This document shows positions 9,772-17,944 of a stretch of DNA of 64,000 nucleotides, piece after piece. Position 1 is the first letter of the stretch, and each line of letters opens with the position of its first letter. The notes below the pieces were generated by a model, which was not told the DNA's origin, made no database searches, and worked only from the letters and a program-made list of their open reading frames with translations. Both the position numbers and the translations under genes were made by a program. The stretch lies in contig NZEC01000011.1 in the NCBI GenBank assembly GCA_002688925.1, positions 61,695 through 125,694 of the forward strand, given 5' to 3'. This DNA is from an archaeon (lineage in GTDB: Archaea; Nanobdellota; Nanobdellia; Woesearchaeales; GW2011-AR4).

Positions 9772-10542
9772 TTAAGTGTTTTTCCGAGAAACCCTGTAAA
9801 TAAAAACAACTCCAACCAAAAACATAATTATGCTCAAGATCTGCCCCATACTTAAAAAACCAATAATAAAGCCCAATTGCTCATCCGGCTGCCTGAAGAA
9901 CTCAACCGTAAACCTAAAAGCAGAATACATGACAACAAAGAGCCAGAATATAAAGCCCTTGGGCATTTTTTTATCTTTAATTACCCATAAAGTAAAGAAT
10001 ATCACTAAGTCCTTGAATGATGCATATAACTGGCTTGGATGCCTGAAGCCCTCTGCATCCTGAAATTTCATTGCCCATGGCACATTTGTAATCCTGCCAT
10101 ACAACTCCCCATTCGTAAAGTTTCCTAACCTGCCTAAAGCAAGGCCTAAAGCAAGAGGAACAACCGCAATATCCGCAAGCTCGTAAAAATGAATCTTCTT
10201 TTTTTTGCAGAATATTAAAGCAACAATAACAGCACCTATCAATCCACCATGGAAGGACAAACCGCCATTCCAAATTGCTATTATCTGAGAAGGATTATTT
10301 AGGTAAAATGGCAGGTTATAGACAAAAACATAAAAAATTCTTGCACCTAAAACAACCCCGACAATCACATACAGGATAAGATCCGCAATATCATCCTTGC
10401 TTAAAGGCAGCTCTTTTCTCTTTGCGAGATAATTGATTATAAAATAAGCAAGAACAAAGCCCAGGACAAAAAAAAGTCCATAATAGCGAATCTCAAAAGG
10501 CCCTACACTTAACAAAACAGGATCTATATTATGGATGAACAT
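9772..10542 (-). CDS. lgt: prolipoprotein diacylglyceryl transferase
   Basis: GGLSFHGGLIGAV and the signature GRLGNFTNGELYGR; multi-TM, 256 aa. Confidence 0.85.
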   Translation of the reverse strand: MFIHNIDPVLLSVGPFEIRYYGLFFVLGFVLAYFIINYLAKRKELPLSKDDIADLILYVIVGVVLGARIFYVFVYNLPFYLNNPSQIIAIWNGGLSFHGGLIGAVIVALIFCKKKKIHFYELADIAVVPLALGLALGRLGNFTNGELYGRITNVPWAMKFQDAEGFRHPSQLYASFKDLVIFFTLWVIKDKKMPKGFIFWLFVVMYSAFRFTVEFFRQPDEQLGFIIGFLSMGQILSIIMFLVGVVFIYRVSRKNT

Positions 10543-10543
10543 T

Positions 10544-11335
10544 TCATTTCAAAAACTTCTTTTTAACAATATTATAAAAATAAAACCTATTGAAGAGGAT
10601 TGCAATATAAAATATTATTCCAACAGAATGCACAAAGATAATTGTATAAATATCCCCATACCTCAGCAAAGAATTATAGTCTTGGAACAATGTATTTTTC
10701 AGAACTGCCCCGAAAGTGCCAAAAAATAGTGCAATTACAGCTAAAGCAGACAAAATAATCAAAAAAACCCCATAATACTTGTTTACTTTCCCCAGGTTTT
10801 TTGCAGCCATCTGCAAACTATTTCCTAAACTTTTACCTTCATAAAACAACACCTGGCTTATATTTACACAGGCATAAGAGAATACAAAGAAAGCCAGCAA
10901 TATAACTATTGCTATGAACGGCGCAATTCCCTCTTTAACGCTTGCAGCCAATAAGCTCAAAATAAAAAATGAAAAAAACAATATCAGGAAATTAACCAAA
11001 TTCAAAAGAAAAAACTTCCCAAGCCTGCCAAAATCCAATTTATTTTTGCTAAAAACAGATTTAATAAAGGATAAAATAATATACTTAAAGAATGAATAAA
11101 TAAAAAGCAGGCCAAGATAGTAAATTATAACAAGAGCCAGCAGATAATAAACCTGACCCACAGATGCAGGCGTTAAAATAAAGGAATTAAAAATAAGCCC
11201 AAATATCCAGAGCCCCACAAAAAATAGCACATCAATAAGAATAACATATGACAGTATCTTTTTATCCGTCTTTATTGAGTTAAAGGTATCAAAAAAAATA
11301 CTTTCTTTAAATTTATTTTTCAATTTCATTTGCAC
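10544..11335 (-). CDS. polytopic membrane protein, unknown function
   Basis: 263-aa hydrophobic ORF whose stop lies 1 nt from the lgt start, suggesting an operon. Confidence 0.45.
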   Translation of the reverse strand: MQMKLKNKFKESIFFDTFNSIKTDKKILSYVILIDVLFFVGLWIFGLIFNSFILTPASVGQVYYLLALVIIYYLGLLFIYSFFKYIILSFIKSVFSKNKLDFGRLGKFFLLNLVNFLILFFSFFILSLLAASVKEGIAPFIAIVILLAFFVFSYACVNISQVLFYEGKSLGNSLQMAAKNLGKVNKYYGVFLIILSALAVIALFFGTFGAVLKNTLFQDYNSLLRYGDIYTIIFVHSVGIIFYIAILFNRFYFYNIVKKKFLK

Positions 11336-11383
11336 AGATAATAATAATTAATCCAAAAAGAAAGGGTATTTAAACTTTACTTT

Positions 11384-11821
11384 TTAACTCCCAATAACAC
11401 AGCCAGTTATAACTGATAATTTATCCAAAGACTGCACATTCTCATACTTCTCATCATTAATAAACCATGTTGGAGTAATTTTAACTTCATTATTTTCGGT
11501 AAAATCCCTGTAATCAATAAATTTAAAGGATTTTCCAAACATGCCTTTTTGGGCAGCAGAGAACTTGCAAAAAGACGCCCCATACATCACAGCCCCTTTA
11601 TCAGACAAGCATTGTGCAAACCCATTCAAATATCCTGATTTATTTGAACTTACAAAGCTATAGCCAATTCCTGCTCCAATCAAAAGAACAGCAATTAATC
11701 CCACAGAAAAAAAAAGAACTTTCTTATTTTTTTTAGGCTCATTTATAGGTTTATGTGTATTATGCTCTGTTTTTTGAGTTTCATTCCTAATGTTTCCAAT
11801 TTCTTCTTTGCTTAAGGCCAT
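11384..11821 (-). CDS. membrane-anchored thioredoxin-like protein with a degenerate CxxS active site
   Basis: N-terminal TM anchor. GAVMYGASFCKFSAAQKGMFG...ITPTWFINDEKY...SLDKL is collinear with the Trx-like domain fused to bacterial VKOR (GAKMYGAxWCPHCxxQKxLFG...YPTWxING), but CPHC is replaced by CKFS. Confidence 0.6.
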   Translation of the reverse strand: MALSKEEIGNIRNETQKTEHNTHKPINEPKKNKKVLFFSVGLIAVLLIGAGIGYSFVSSNKSGYLNGFAQCLSDKGAVMYGASFCKFSAAQKGMFGKSFKFIDYRDFTENNEVKITPTWFINDEKYENVQSLDKLSVITGCVIGS

Positions 11822-11826
11822 TTTAA

Positions 11827-12036
11827 TTAAGCAGCAGAACTTGAATCAGGAATTAGTGCTCCTGAATCTCCAGCATCCGTACCCGCAACTCCGCAGCCAC
11901 CGCCTACATAGCCTTGGTTTGGATTTTGCTGGCCGCCAGCTGTTGCATATCCGGTTGGATAATCGCTTTTAGTACATCCAAGAACCATCAATGAAACTAA
12001 AGCCAAAACAGCTATTATTAATAAAAATTTTCTCAT
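11827..12036 (-). CDS. small secreted lipoprotein candidate (lipobox)
   Basis: MRKFLLIIAVLALVSLMVLG|C: basic n-region, hydrophobic core and a V-L-G-C lipobox, then a Gly/Gln-rich mature part. Confidence 0.55.
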   Translation of the reverse strand: MRKFLLIIAVLALVSLMVLGCTKSDYPTGYATAGGQQNPNQGYVGGGCGVAGTDAGDSGALIPDSSSAA

Positions 12037-12116
12037 TTTAATATAGTATAATTCAACCGCTTTTATATTTTGCTATTTTGCCCAAAAGCAATATAAAAAA
12101 AATTCTGTTTTAATCA

Positions 12117-12704
12117 TTAAAAAATCGCCTGTATTAATCCTGCAAACACTTTGCTTCCATCAAATCCGGGAATAGGGATCATGTTGAATATAAAGAAAAA
12201 CATATTTAGTTTTGCCATCATACCTATTGTTGTAAAATATTTTCTCTTTACAAGATTATGTTTTATCAAATACATGCCTCCAAGCCATAATATTAAATTG
12301 ATCAATGGCCCTGAAAACGCAACTATTGATGATGCCAAAGCAGGTAATGCACTATGGCTCACATAACCTCCTACAAAGAATAGAATCGGAAAATTAAGAT
12401 GTATGAGCAGTATAACTAAAAGATACATTCCGTATGGAATTCCAAAAAAAGATGGTGCATGCAATGTTGCACTAGCGCCAAACCCCATTGCTGTAAATTT
12501 ATGAGCCATCTCATGCAAAACAACAGCAGGAGCAGCAATCATTGCCCCGTATTTTATATCCTCCCATAACACATTTTTCCTGTAATAAGTCAAAGGATCA
12601 TAACCCTCTTGTGGTGTTCTTCTGAAAAACTTAGAGAAAATATAGCCTATTGCAATTGTCATAACTATGATATCTACTATCTCTGGTAAGGTAATTATTG
12701 CCAT
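12117..12704 (-). CDS. M50 (site-2 protease-like) membrane metalloprotease
   Basis: HEMAHKF (HExxH) in a TM helix and NMIPIPGFDGSKV (NxxPxxxxDG) motif. Confidence 0.7.
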   Translation of the reverse strand: MAIITLPEIVDIIVMTIAIGYIFSKFFRRTPQEGYDPLTYYRKNVLWEDIKYGAMIAAPAVVLHEMAHKFTAMGFGASATLHAPSFFGIPYGMYLLVILLIHLNFPILFFVGGYVSHSALPALASSIVAFSGPLINLILWLGGMYLIKHNLVKRKYFTTIGMMAKLNMFFFIFNMIPIPGFDGSKVFAGLIQAIF

Positions 12705-12773
12705 AAAATAAGCTGTGTTATTTTTATTTATATACTTATTGAAAAGAATCTAAAAAAAAGTGTTAATATTTAA

Positions 12774-12790
12774 ATTGAAACTTTTTATTG
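12774..12790 (+). repeat. copy 1 of the intergenic motif ATTGAAACTTTTTATTG (promoter-like, orphan)
   Basis: Exact 17-mer shared with 14508-14524; the first 16 nt also occur at 54596-54611. Confidence 0.6.
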
Positions 12791-12800
12791 TTTTTTATTA

Positions 12801-13025
12801 TCACTCAGTCAGCCTATCAGAAATTCTCTTTATTGGAGGAAATATAACTAAAGCAATAGGCAAAGCAACAATAAAGCCAACAATAAAACTTTTTAGCCAT
12901 GCATTAAAGAAACCAGGGACAAAGCCTACATTCATCCAGGTGAGAATCAAAGATATAAAAAAGGACATGGCTAGAGACATTAATATGCCCAATACAACAT
13001 TATAGTATTTTCTGCTTATTTTCAA
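12801..13025 (-). CDS. DUF2798-like small membrane protein
   Basis: 74 aa, two TM helices, with the pattern ...MSFFISLILTWMNVGFVPGFFNAWLKSF...ALPIA... Confidence 0.55.
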   Translation of the reverse strand: MKISRKYYNVVLGILMSLAMSFFISLILTWMNVGFVPGFFNAWLKSFIVGFIVALPIALVIFPPIKRISDRLTE

Positions 13026-13026
13026 A

Positions 13027-13824
13027 TTATTGCTCCATCATCCCATACAGATTATAAAGGATCCTGTCAACGCCTTTTACTAATTCAAATCCATTCCCTT
13101 CAACAACCATGCAATTATCATCATAATAAACCCTTGTTTTATTTGCTTCCTTTATATACAGGACAATATCATCAGTGTTGTCACAGTTTATTACTGGTCT
13201 GCCTTCACATGCAAAAGTCTCATTTTTATCGCATGCAGCTATTGGAGCCTTAAAGAAAACATTAGTCATGTGCTGATTAAAGTCTGCAACAGCCAAAGTC
13301 ACATGTGAAAAATCATTTCCTGTAGGGTCAAATGTCACATAATAATTGGTTGCATCGTTAAAAAGCTCTCTATCTAGAAAGCCTTCTATCTCTATTGGCT
13401 CAACTTCCCTAGGGCCGAACCTGAACTGGATATTGTAAAAACGAGAGCCTTTAGGGCTGACAAGCTGTGTATACCACAAATCATCGAATTTGACAAAAGA
13501 ATATGCGTTATTATGCATGTATCCCTGCTCTTCTTCCAACTCGCCTTTCAGGTTCAGTTCATGCAATTGATCCAGTGTTTTTGGCTGCTCTTTTGTAAGT
13601 ATTATCCAGCTGAATGCAGCAGCAAAAGCCGATATAAGCAAAATTACCCCAATTATCAATGTCCTGTCAGACTTTAATTTGCTCTCTTTTACTTCTTCCT
13701 CCTCAGCCTTTCTGGCTTTTTCCGGTATATTTTTTATCTCTTTCTTCTTTTTTTCATACTCCTTCTTATTTATTGCTCCGGATTCAAAGCTTTCTTCCAG
13801 GTCTTTTAGTTTTTTCCCTTTCAT
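13027..13824 (-). CDS. membrane-anchored extracytoplasmic protein with an N-terminal SHOCT-like motif
   Basis: LKDLEESFESGAINKKEYEKKKKEI (SHOCT-like), one TM helix, then a Cys-containing ectodomain. The C-terminus is paralogous to the upstream gene. Confidence 0.5.
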   Translation of the reverse strand: MKGKKLKDLEESFESGAINKKEYEKKKKEIKNIPEKARKAEEEEVKESKLKSDRTLIIGVILLISAFAAAFSWIILTKEQPKTLDQLHELNLKGELEEEQGYMHNNAYSFVKFDDLWYTQLVSPKGSRFYNIQFRFGPREVEPIEIEGFLDRELFNDATNYYVTFDPTGNDFSHVTLAVADFNQHMTNVFFKAPIAACDKNETFACEGRPVINCDNTDDIVLYIKEANKTRVYYDDNCMVVEGNGFELVKGVDRILYNLYGMMEQ

Positions 13825-14408
13825 TGTATTATCCCCAAAATACCATACAATAACCTGTCCTTAATTGCCACAAAATCCTCGTTTCTGGAGGATTCTGCTA
13901 CAATACAGTTATCTTCCATATAAACATTTGTTTCATTTCCACTTTTAAAATAAACAACAGGAATAAAGTTTGTTGAGTCATTGCACGTTATTATTGGAAT
14001 ATTATTCTCATTTTCAGATGAAAGGCCCTGCCTTACAAAAACATCAAAATTATTCAGCACAATTCCCATCTGGTATTGGGCAAGTGCAATTTCCTCGACA
14101 TTTGTTTCATTAAAATCAGATGTTACATCAATCTCAATTGTATTTTTCAACCTGGAGATAATGATATCATCAACTTTTATCTGCTCAACATCGGCAGGAA
14201 AGTACGTAAACCTAGCTTCTTTCCCATCAACATTCGCTGACCAGTAGCTTCCCTTATTCAAAAACTTAAAGTCGTTATATTTCAGTTTTCCAGAGCCACT
14301 CGTAAAGCCAAAAAAAATCACCCCAAAAACGCTGCTTACCATCACTATGCCCATGAAATATACCATAAGCTTCTTTTTTCTTTCCACTCTCTCAACATGT
14401 TTTCTCAT
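13821..14408 (-). CDS. membrane-anchored extracytoplasmic protein, paralogue of 13027-13824
   Basis: The ORF-track start is TTG. The ATG at 14408 is preceded by TATA TTTAAAAA (14438-14431) at exactly 22 nt. Shares C-terminal ...DNC(I/M)V.E....F..(V/I)KDR(L/I)LY.. with its neighbour and overlaps it by 4 nt (ATGA). Confidence 0.5.
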   Translation of the reverse strand: MRKHVERVERKKKLMVYFMGIVMVSSVFGVIFFGFTSGSGKLKYNDFKFLNKGSYWSANVDGKEARFTYFPADVEQIKVDDIIISRLKNTIEIDVTSDFNETNVEEIALAQYQMGIVLNNFDVFVRQGLSSENENNIPIITCNDSTNFIPVVYFKSGNETNVYMEDNCIVAESSRNEDFVAIKDRLLYGILGIIQ

Positions 14409-14430
14409 AAAGAAAAGCAAATTCTGTTTA

Positions 14431-14438
14431 TTTTTAAA
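14431..14438 (-). promoter_or_regulatory. TATA box (TTTAAAAA on the minus strand)
   Basis: Ends 22 nt before the ATG at 14408. Confidence 0.55.
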
Positions 14439-14507
14439 GGTTTTTATGATAGTTATTATTTTTTAGTTCTTATTATTTAAATTTTAAATTTTATTGATTT
14501 TTTTATT

Positions 14508-14524
14508 ATTGAAACTTTTTATTG
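14508..14524 (+). repeat. copy 2 of the intergenic motif ATTGAAACTTTTTATTG
   Basis: Exact 17-mer. The extended form ATTATTGAAACTTTTTATTGGCTTTC resembles 54566-54590. Confidence 0.6.
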
Positions 14525-14605
14525 GCTTTCATGAATATATTTTTAATCACACCCTTATAAAAACCAAACATTTAAATTAAAACAATCTGAGAAATAAAAC
14601 ATAAT

Positions 14606-15292
14606 ATGAAATCAACCATTATAAAGCTGGACAATGTATGGAAAACCTATAAGATGGGAGATATTGAAGTTCACGCTTTACAAGGGCTTAGCCTCGAAGT
14701 TAAAGCAGGCGAGTTTTTAGCAATACAGGGAGCAAGCGGCTCTGGAAAAAGCACAGCCATGAACATGATTGGCTGCCTTGACATTCCCACAAAGGGAAGA
14801 GTATACCTTGAAAGCCAGGACATTTCAAGGCTTTCAGAATCTAACCTAGCCCAGATACGGGGCAAAAAAATCGGATTTATCTTCCAGCAGTTTAATCTTG
14901 TAAATACATTGTCTGCAATGGAAAATATTTTGCTGCCTATGATATTCCAGAATATCAGCAGGGAAGAAAGGGAAAACAAGGCAAAAGAGCTCCTGAATAT
15001 AGTTGAATTAGGAGATAGGATGGACCATAAGCCAACAGAGCTTTCAGGAGGCCAGCAGCAGAGAGTTGCAATAGCAAGGTCATTATCAAACGATCCTGAC
15101 GTAATCCTGGCAGATGAGCCAACCGGAAATCTGGACTCAAAAACAGGAGAGAACGTGATGCATTTCCTGCAGAAGATGCACAAGGAAAAAAAGACAACAA
15201 TCGTGATGGTAACCCATGATGCGCATCTTGCAAAGTTCGCCCAAAGGATAGTGCAATTAAAGGACGGAAAACTTATTAGAGGAAGAAAATAA
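14606..15292 (+). CDS. ABC transporter ATP-binding protein (MacB/LolD/FtsE-like)
   Basis: Walker A GASGSGKST, signature LSGGQQQRVAIARS, Walker B ILADEPT, H-loop VTHD. Confidence 0.9.
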   Translation: MKSTIIKLDNVWKTYKMGDIEVHALQGLSLEVKAGEFLAIQGASGSGKSTAMNMIGCLDIPTKGRVYLESQDISRLSESNLAQIRGKKIGFIFQQFNLVNTLSAMENILLPMIFQNISREERENKAKELLNIVELGDRMDHKPTELSGGQQQRVAIARSLSNDPDVILADEPTGNLDSKTGENVMHFLQKMHKEKKTTIVMVTHDAHLAKFAQRIVQLKDGKLIRGRK

Positions 15293-15361
15293 AAAGCTTT
15301 AAAAACTTTGATTAAGTATTATTAAGTAATAAGCATAAAATTGTAAAAAAAGAGTTGAATC

Positions 15362-16639
15362 ATGAAAAAAACATATCTAATTTCACTAATTGCAGTTTTT
15401 ATTCTAATACTTTCAAGCTATAGCATATTTGCCCAGAGTAGCGATAAGATCTTACTTACAGAAAATATAAAGGTCAGCTTTGTCAGCCAGGAACCCGATC
15501 CTGCAGAGCCAGGGACTTTTGTCGATGTAAGGTTTAAATTCGAGAACATAGGCTTAGAAACATCCGATGAAATAACTATTGAGCTTCTTCCAGAATTTCC
15601 TTTCTCTTTATTGCCGGGAAAAAGCGCTGTAACTAAATTAGGCACTTTGCATGCAAGGCAGCTTGGAGAAGACGGAGTAATTGTAAAATACAAGCTTATT
15701 GTGGACAAAGATGCAGTGGAAGGCATAAATGACCTAAAATTAAGGTACAGGATTGGAAATAATGTATGGATTGAGCCGGATGAATACGAAATCCAGGTAC
15801 AAACTCATGATGCAATTTTAAGCATTGATTCAATTAAAATATCCCCTGAAAGAGTAAAGCCAGGAGACAAGGCATCATTAAGTGTTTCCATAAACAACCT
15901 GGCAGATTCATTGTTAAAAGACATAAGGATAAAATTAAATCTGGATAATTCACCTTTAGCAGCCTTTGGCTCAAGCAACAGGAAAACAATAAAAGATATC
16001 AGCTCCGGGAAAGAAATAGAAGTGAAGTTTGATATAATTTCAGAGCCGGACGCAGAATCTGACCTATACACAATTCCAATAGGAATTGAATACAGCGATG
16101 AGCTGGGAAAAGCCTACAATATCACCGGCTCTTTCGGCATTGTTGTCGGCTCTGAGCCGGAACTCTATCCTGTCATTGACAGCACTGAAATCTATAATTC
16201 GGAAAAAACAGGGGATATTACTGTAAAGTTTGTAAATATGGGACTTACAGATATTAAATTTCTTAATGTTAATTTAAAAAGCAGCGATAAATACAAAATA
16301 ATCTCAGCAGATGAAGTCTACATCGGCAATATTGATTCTGACGATTATGAAACAGCGGAATTCAAGCTGTTTGTGAAAAAAACAAAAGAAGAGAATATAA
16401 TATTGCCAATAACCTATGAGTACAGGGACGCAAACAATATTGAATACAAAAAGCAGATAAGTCTTAAGCTTCCATTGTACAGCACAGCAGAGGCAAAAAA
16501 GCTCGGTATTGTTGAAGGAAACGGCAAAGTCGGAATATTTCTTGTAATAATAATCGTAGTTGTCGGCCTTTACATATACAGAAGATGGAAAAAAGGCAAA
16601 AAGCTGATAAGTTTTGGTTTTCGCAAAAAGAGCAGATAA
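15362..16639 (+). CDS. secreted beta-rich surface protein with a C-terminal TM anchor (CARDB/S-layer-domain-like)
   Basis: Signal peptide MKKTYLISLIAVFILILSSYSIFA, repeated beta-sandwich-like segments, and a C-terminal hydrophobic helix plus YRRWKKGKK tail. Encoded inside the ABC operon. Confidence 0.55.
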   Translation: MKKTYLISLIAVFILILSSYSIFAQSSDKILLTENIKVSFVSQEPDPAEPGTFVDVRFKFENIGLETSDEITIELLPEFPFSLLPGKSAVTKLGTLHARQLGEDGVIVKYKLIVDKDAVEGINDLKLRYRIGNNVWIEPDEYEIQVQTHDAILSIDSIKISPERVKPGDKASLSVSINNLADSLLKDIRIKLNLDNSPLAAFGSSNRKTIKDISSGKEIEVKFDIISEPDAESDLYTIPIGIEYSDELGKAYNITGSFGIVVGSEPELYPVIDSTEIYNSEKTGDITVKFVNMGLTDIKFLNVNLKSSDKYKIISADEVYIGNIDSDDYETAEFKLFVKKTKEENIILPITYEYRDANNIEYKKQISLKLPLYSTAEAKKLGIVEGNGKVGIFLVIIIVVVGLYIYRRWKKGKKLISFGFRKKSR

Positions 16640-16714
16640 AAAGACTTTACATTTACCAGGAAGAATCTAATCTTCATCTATTTTTTAGTCAAAAGAAAAA
16701 ATAATTTTTGAAAA

Positions 16715-17944
16715 ATGCTCAAAGACTATTTCATGTTTTCTATCAAGAATCTAGCAAAGAGAAAGCTAAGGTCATGGCTGACCATGATCGGGATTTTCAT
16801 CGGTATTGCAGCTGTTGTATCCCTTATAGGGTTGGGAGAAGGGCTTAGGATTGCAGTCACATCTCAATTTAACTTTCTCGGAAGCGATGTGCTTAGTGTT
16901 CAAGCTTCTGGATTGAATCTTGCCGGACCTCCAGGCACAGCTGTTGCAACTCCATTAACTGATGACCTTAAAGACAAGATATTAAAAATAAACGGCGTTG
17001 ATGCTGCAATTAATAGGTACATAGAATCAGGCACCTTGGAATTTAATGATAGGCAGACAATAGGCATGGCAATGTCCATTCCAGAAGGCAGCGAAAGAAA
17101 GATTTTAGAAGATATGCTGAACTTAAAAGCAGAGCAGGGCAGATTATTAAAAGACGGAGATAATAAAAAGGTTCTTTTAGGTAATAGTTTCAAGGAAGAT
17201 GATATTTTTGGAAAAGGCATAAAGCCTAACGATAGAGTCTTGATAAATGATATTTCTTTTGAAGTTATAGGAATTTTAGAAAAAAAAGGCAGCTTTCTCT
17301 TTGATAGTGCTATTGCTGTAAATGAGCAGACAATGCTGAACTTGATAAGGGAAGCAGATGATACAGACGTAAATGTAATCGGAGTAAAAGTAAAAAATGT
17401 TGATAATATTGATAATGTCAAGGAAAACATCGAAAAGCTAATGAGAAAAGAAAGGAACGTAAAAAAAGGAGAAGAGGATTTTGTAGTGGAAAGCCCCCAG
17501 AATTTATTAGCAACATTAAATTCAACATTGTTTGCAGTCCAGCTTTTTATTTACATTATAGCCTCAATCTCTATAGTTGTAGGCGGCATAGGAATCATGA
17601 ACACAATGTACACTGCAGTCCTGGAAAGGACAAAAGAAATTGGAATCATGAAAGCCATTGGCGCGAAAAACTCAGTAATATTTTTCCTTTTTTCAGTAGA
17701 ATCCGGATTTTTAGGAATGGTAGGGGGAATTATCGGAATAATTTTTGGATTGCTCTTGGCATATGGCCTGGCTTTCATCGGGCAAATTACCCTTGGCTCT
17801 GATTTAATTCAGGCGCACATTACATCTGGTTTAATTATAGGAGCATTGCTATTTTCCTTTATCCTGGGAATCATTTCCGGAATAGTGCCTGCATATCAAG
17901 CTTCTAAAATGCAGCCAGTAGAGGCTTTGAGTTTTATAAAATGA
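16715..17944 (+). CDS. ABC transporter permease, FtsX/MacB type
   Basis: TM1, a large extracytoplasmic domain, then three TM helices. Conserved MNTMYTAVLERTKEIGIMKAIGAKNS block. Confidence 0.85.
   Translation: MLKDYFMFSIKNLAKRKLRSWLTMIGIFIGIAAVVSLIGLGEGLRIAVTSQFNFLGSDVLSVQASGLNLAGPPGTAVATPLTDDLKDKILKINGVDAAINRYIESGTLEFNDRQTIGMAMSIPEGSERKILEDMLNLKAEQGRLLKDGDNKKVLLGNSFKEDDIFGKGIKPNDRVLINDISFEVIGILEKKGSFLFDSAIAVNEQTMLNLIREADDTDVNVIGVKVKNVDNIDNVKENIEKLMRKERNVKKGEEDFVVESPQNLLATLNSTLFAVQLFIYIIASISIVVGGIGIMNTMYTAVLERTKEIGIMKAIGAKNSVIFFLFSVESGFLGMVGGIIGIIFGLLLAYGLAFIGQITLGSDLIQAHITSGLIIGALLFSFILGIISGIVPAYQASKMQPVEALSFIK

Noticed and set aside
12760-13005. 81-aa plus-strand ORF overlapping the DUF2798-like gene
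   Set aside because: The minus-strand product has the characteristic two-helix DUF2798 pattern, while the plus-strand translation has no features. The promoter-like repeat at 12774 might still drive a non-coding antisense RNA (see findings).
14671-15183. 170-aa and 92-aa minus-strand ORFs inside the ABC ATPase gene. Similar shadow ORFs occur at 16900-17430, 17551-17778, 18078-18383, 18540-18872, 37636-38079, 33618-34040, 44132-44671, 44678-44935, 42673-43017, 19865-20323, 19451-19813 and 8609-9022.
   Set aside because: All lie antisense to genes with clear conserved motifs and translate to low-complexity, stop-poor mirror sequences. No independent start or promoter support.
17591-17720. Near-identical DNA segment shared with 18811-18950, a possible template/variable repeat pair of a diversity-generating retroelement
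   Set aside because: Within the 26-aa block the differences fall almost only at synonymous third-codon positions rather than being adenine-specific. No reverse transcriptase is present. These are simply conserved blocks of two FtsX permease paralogues.
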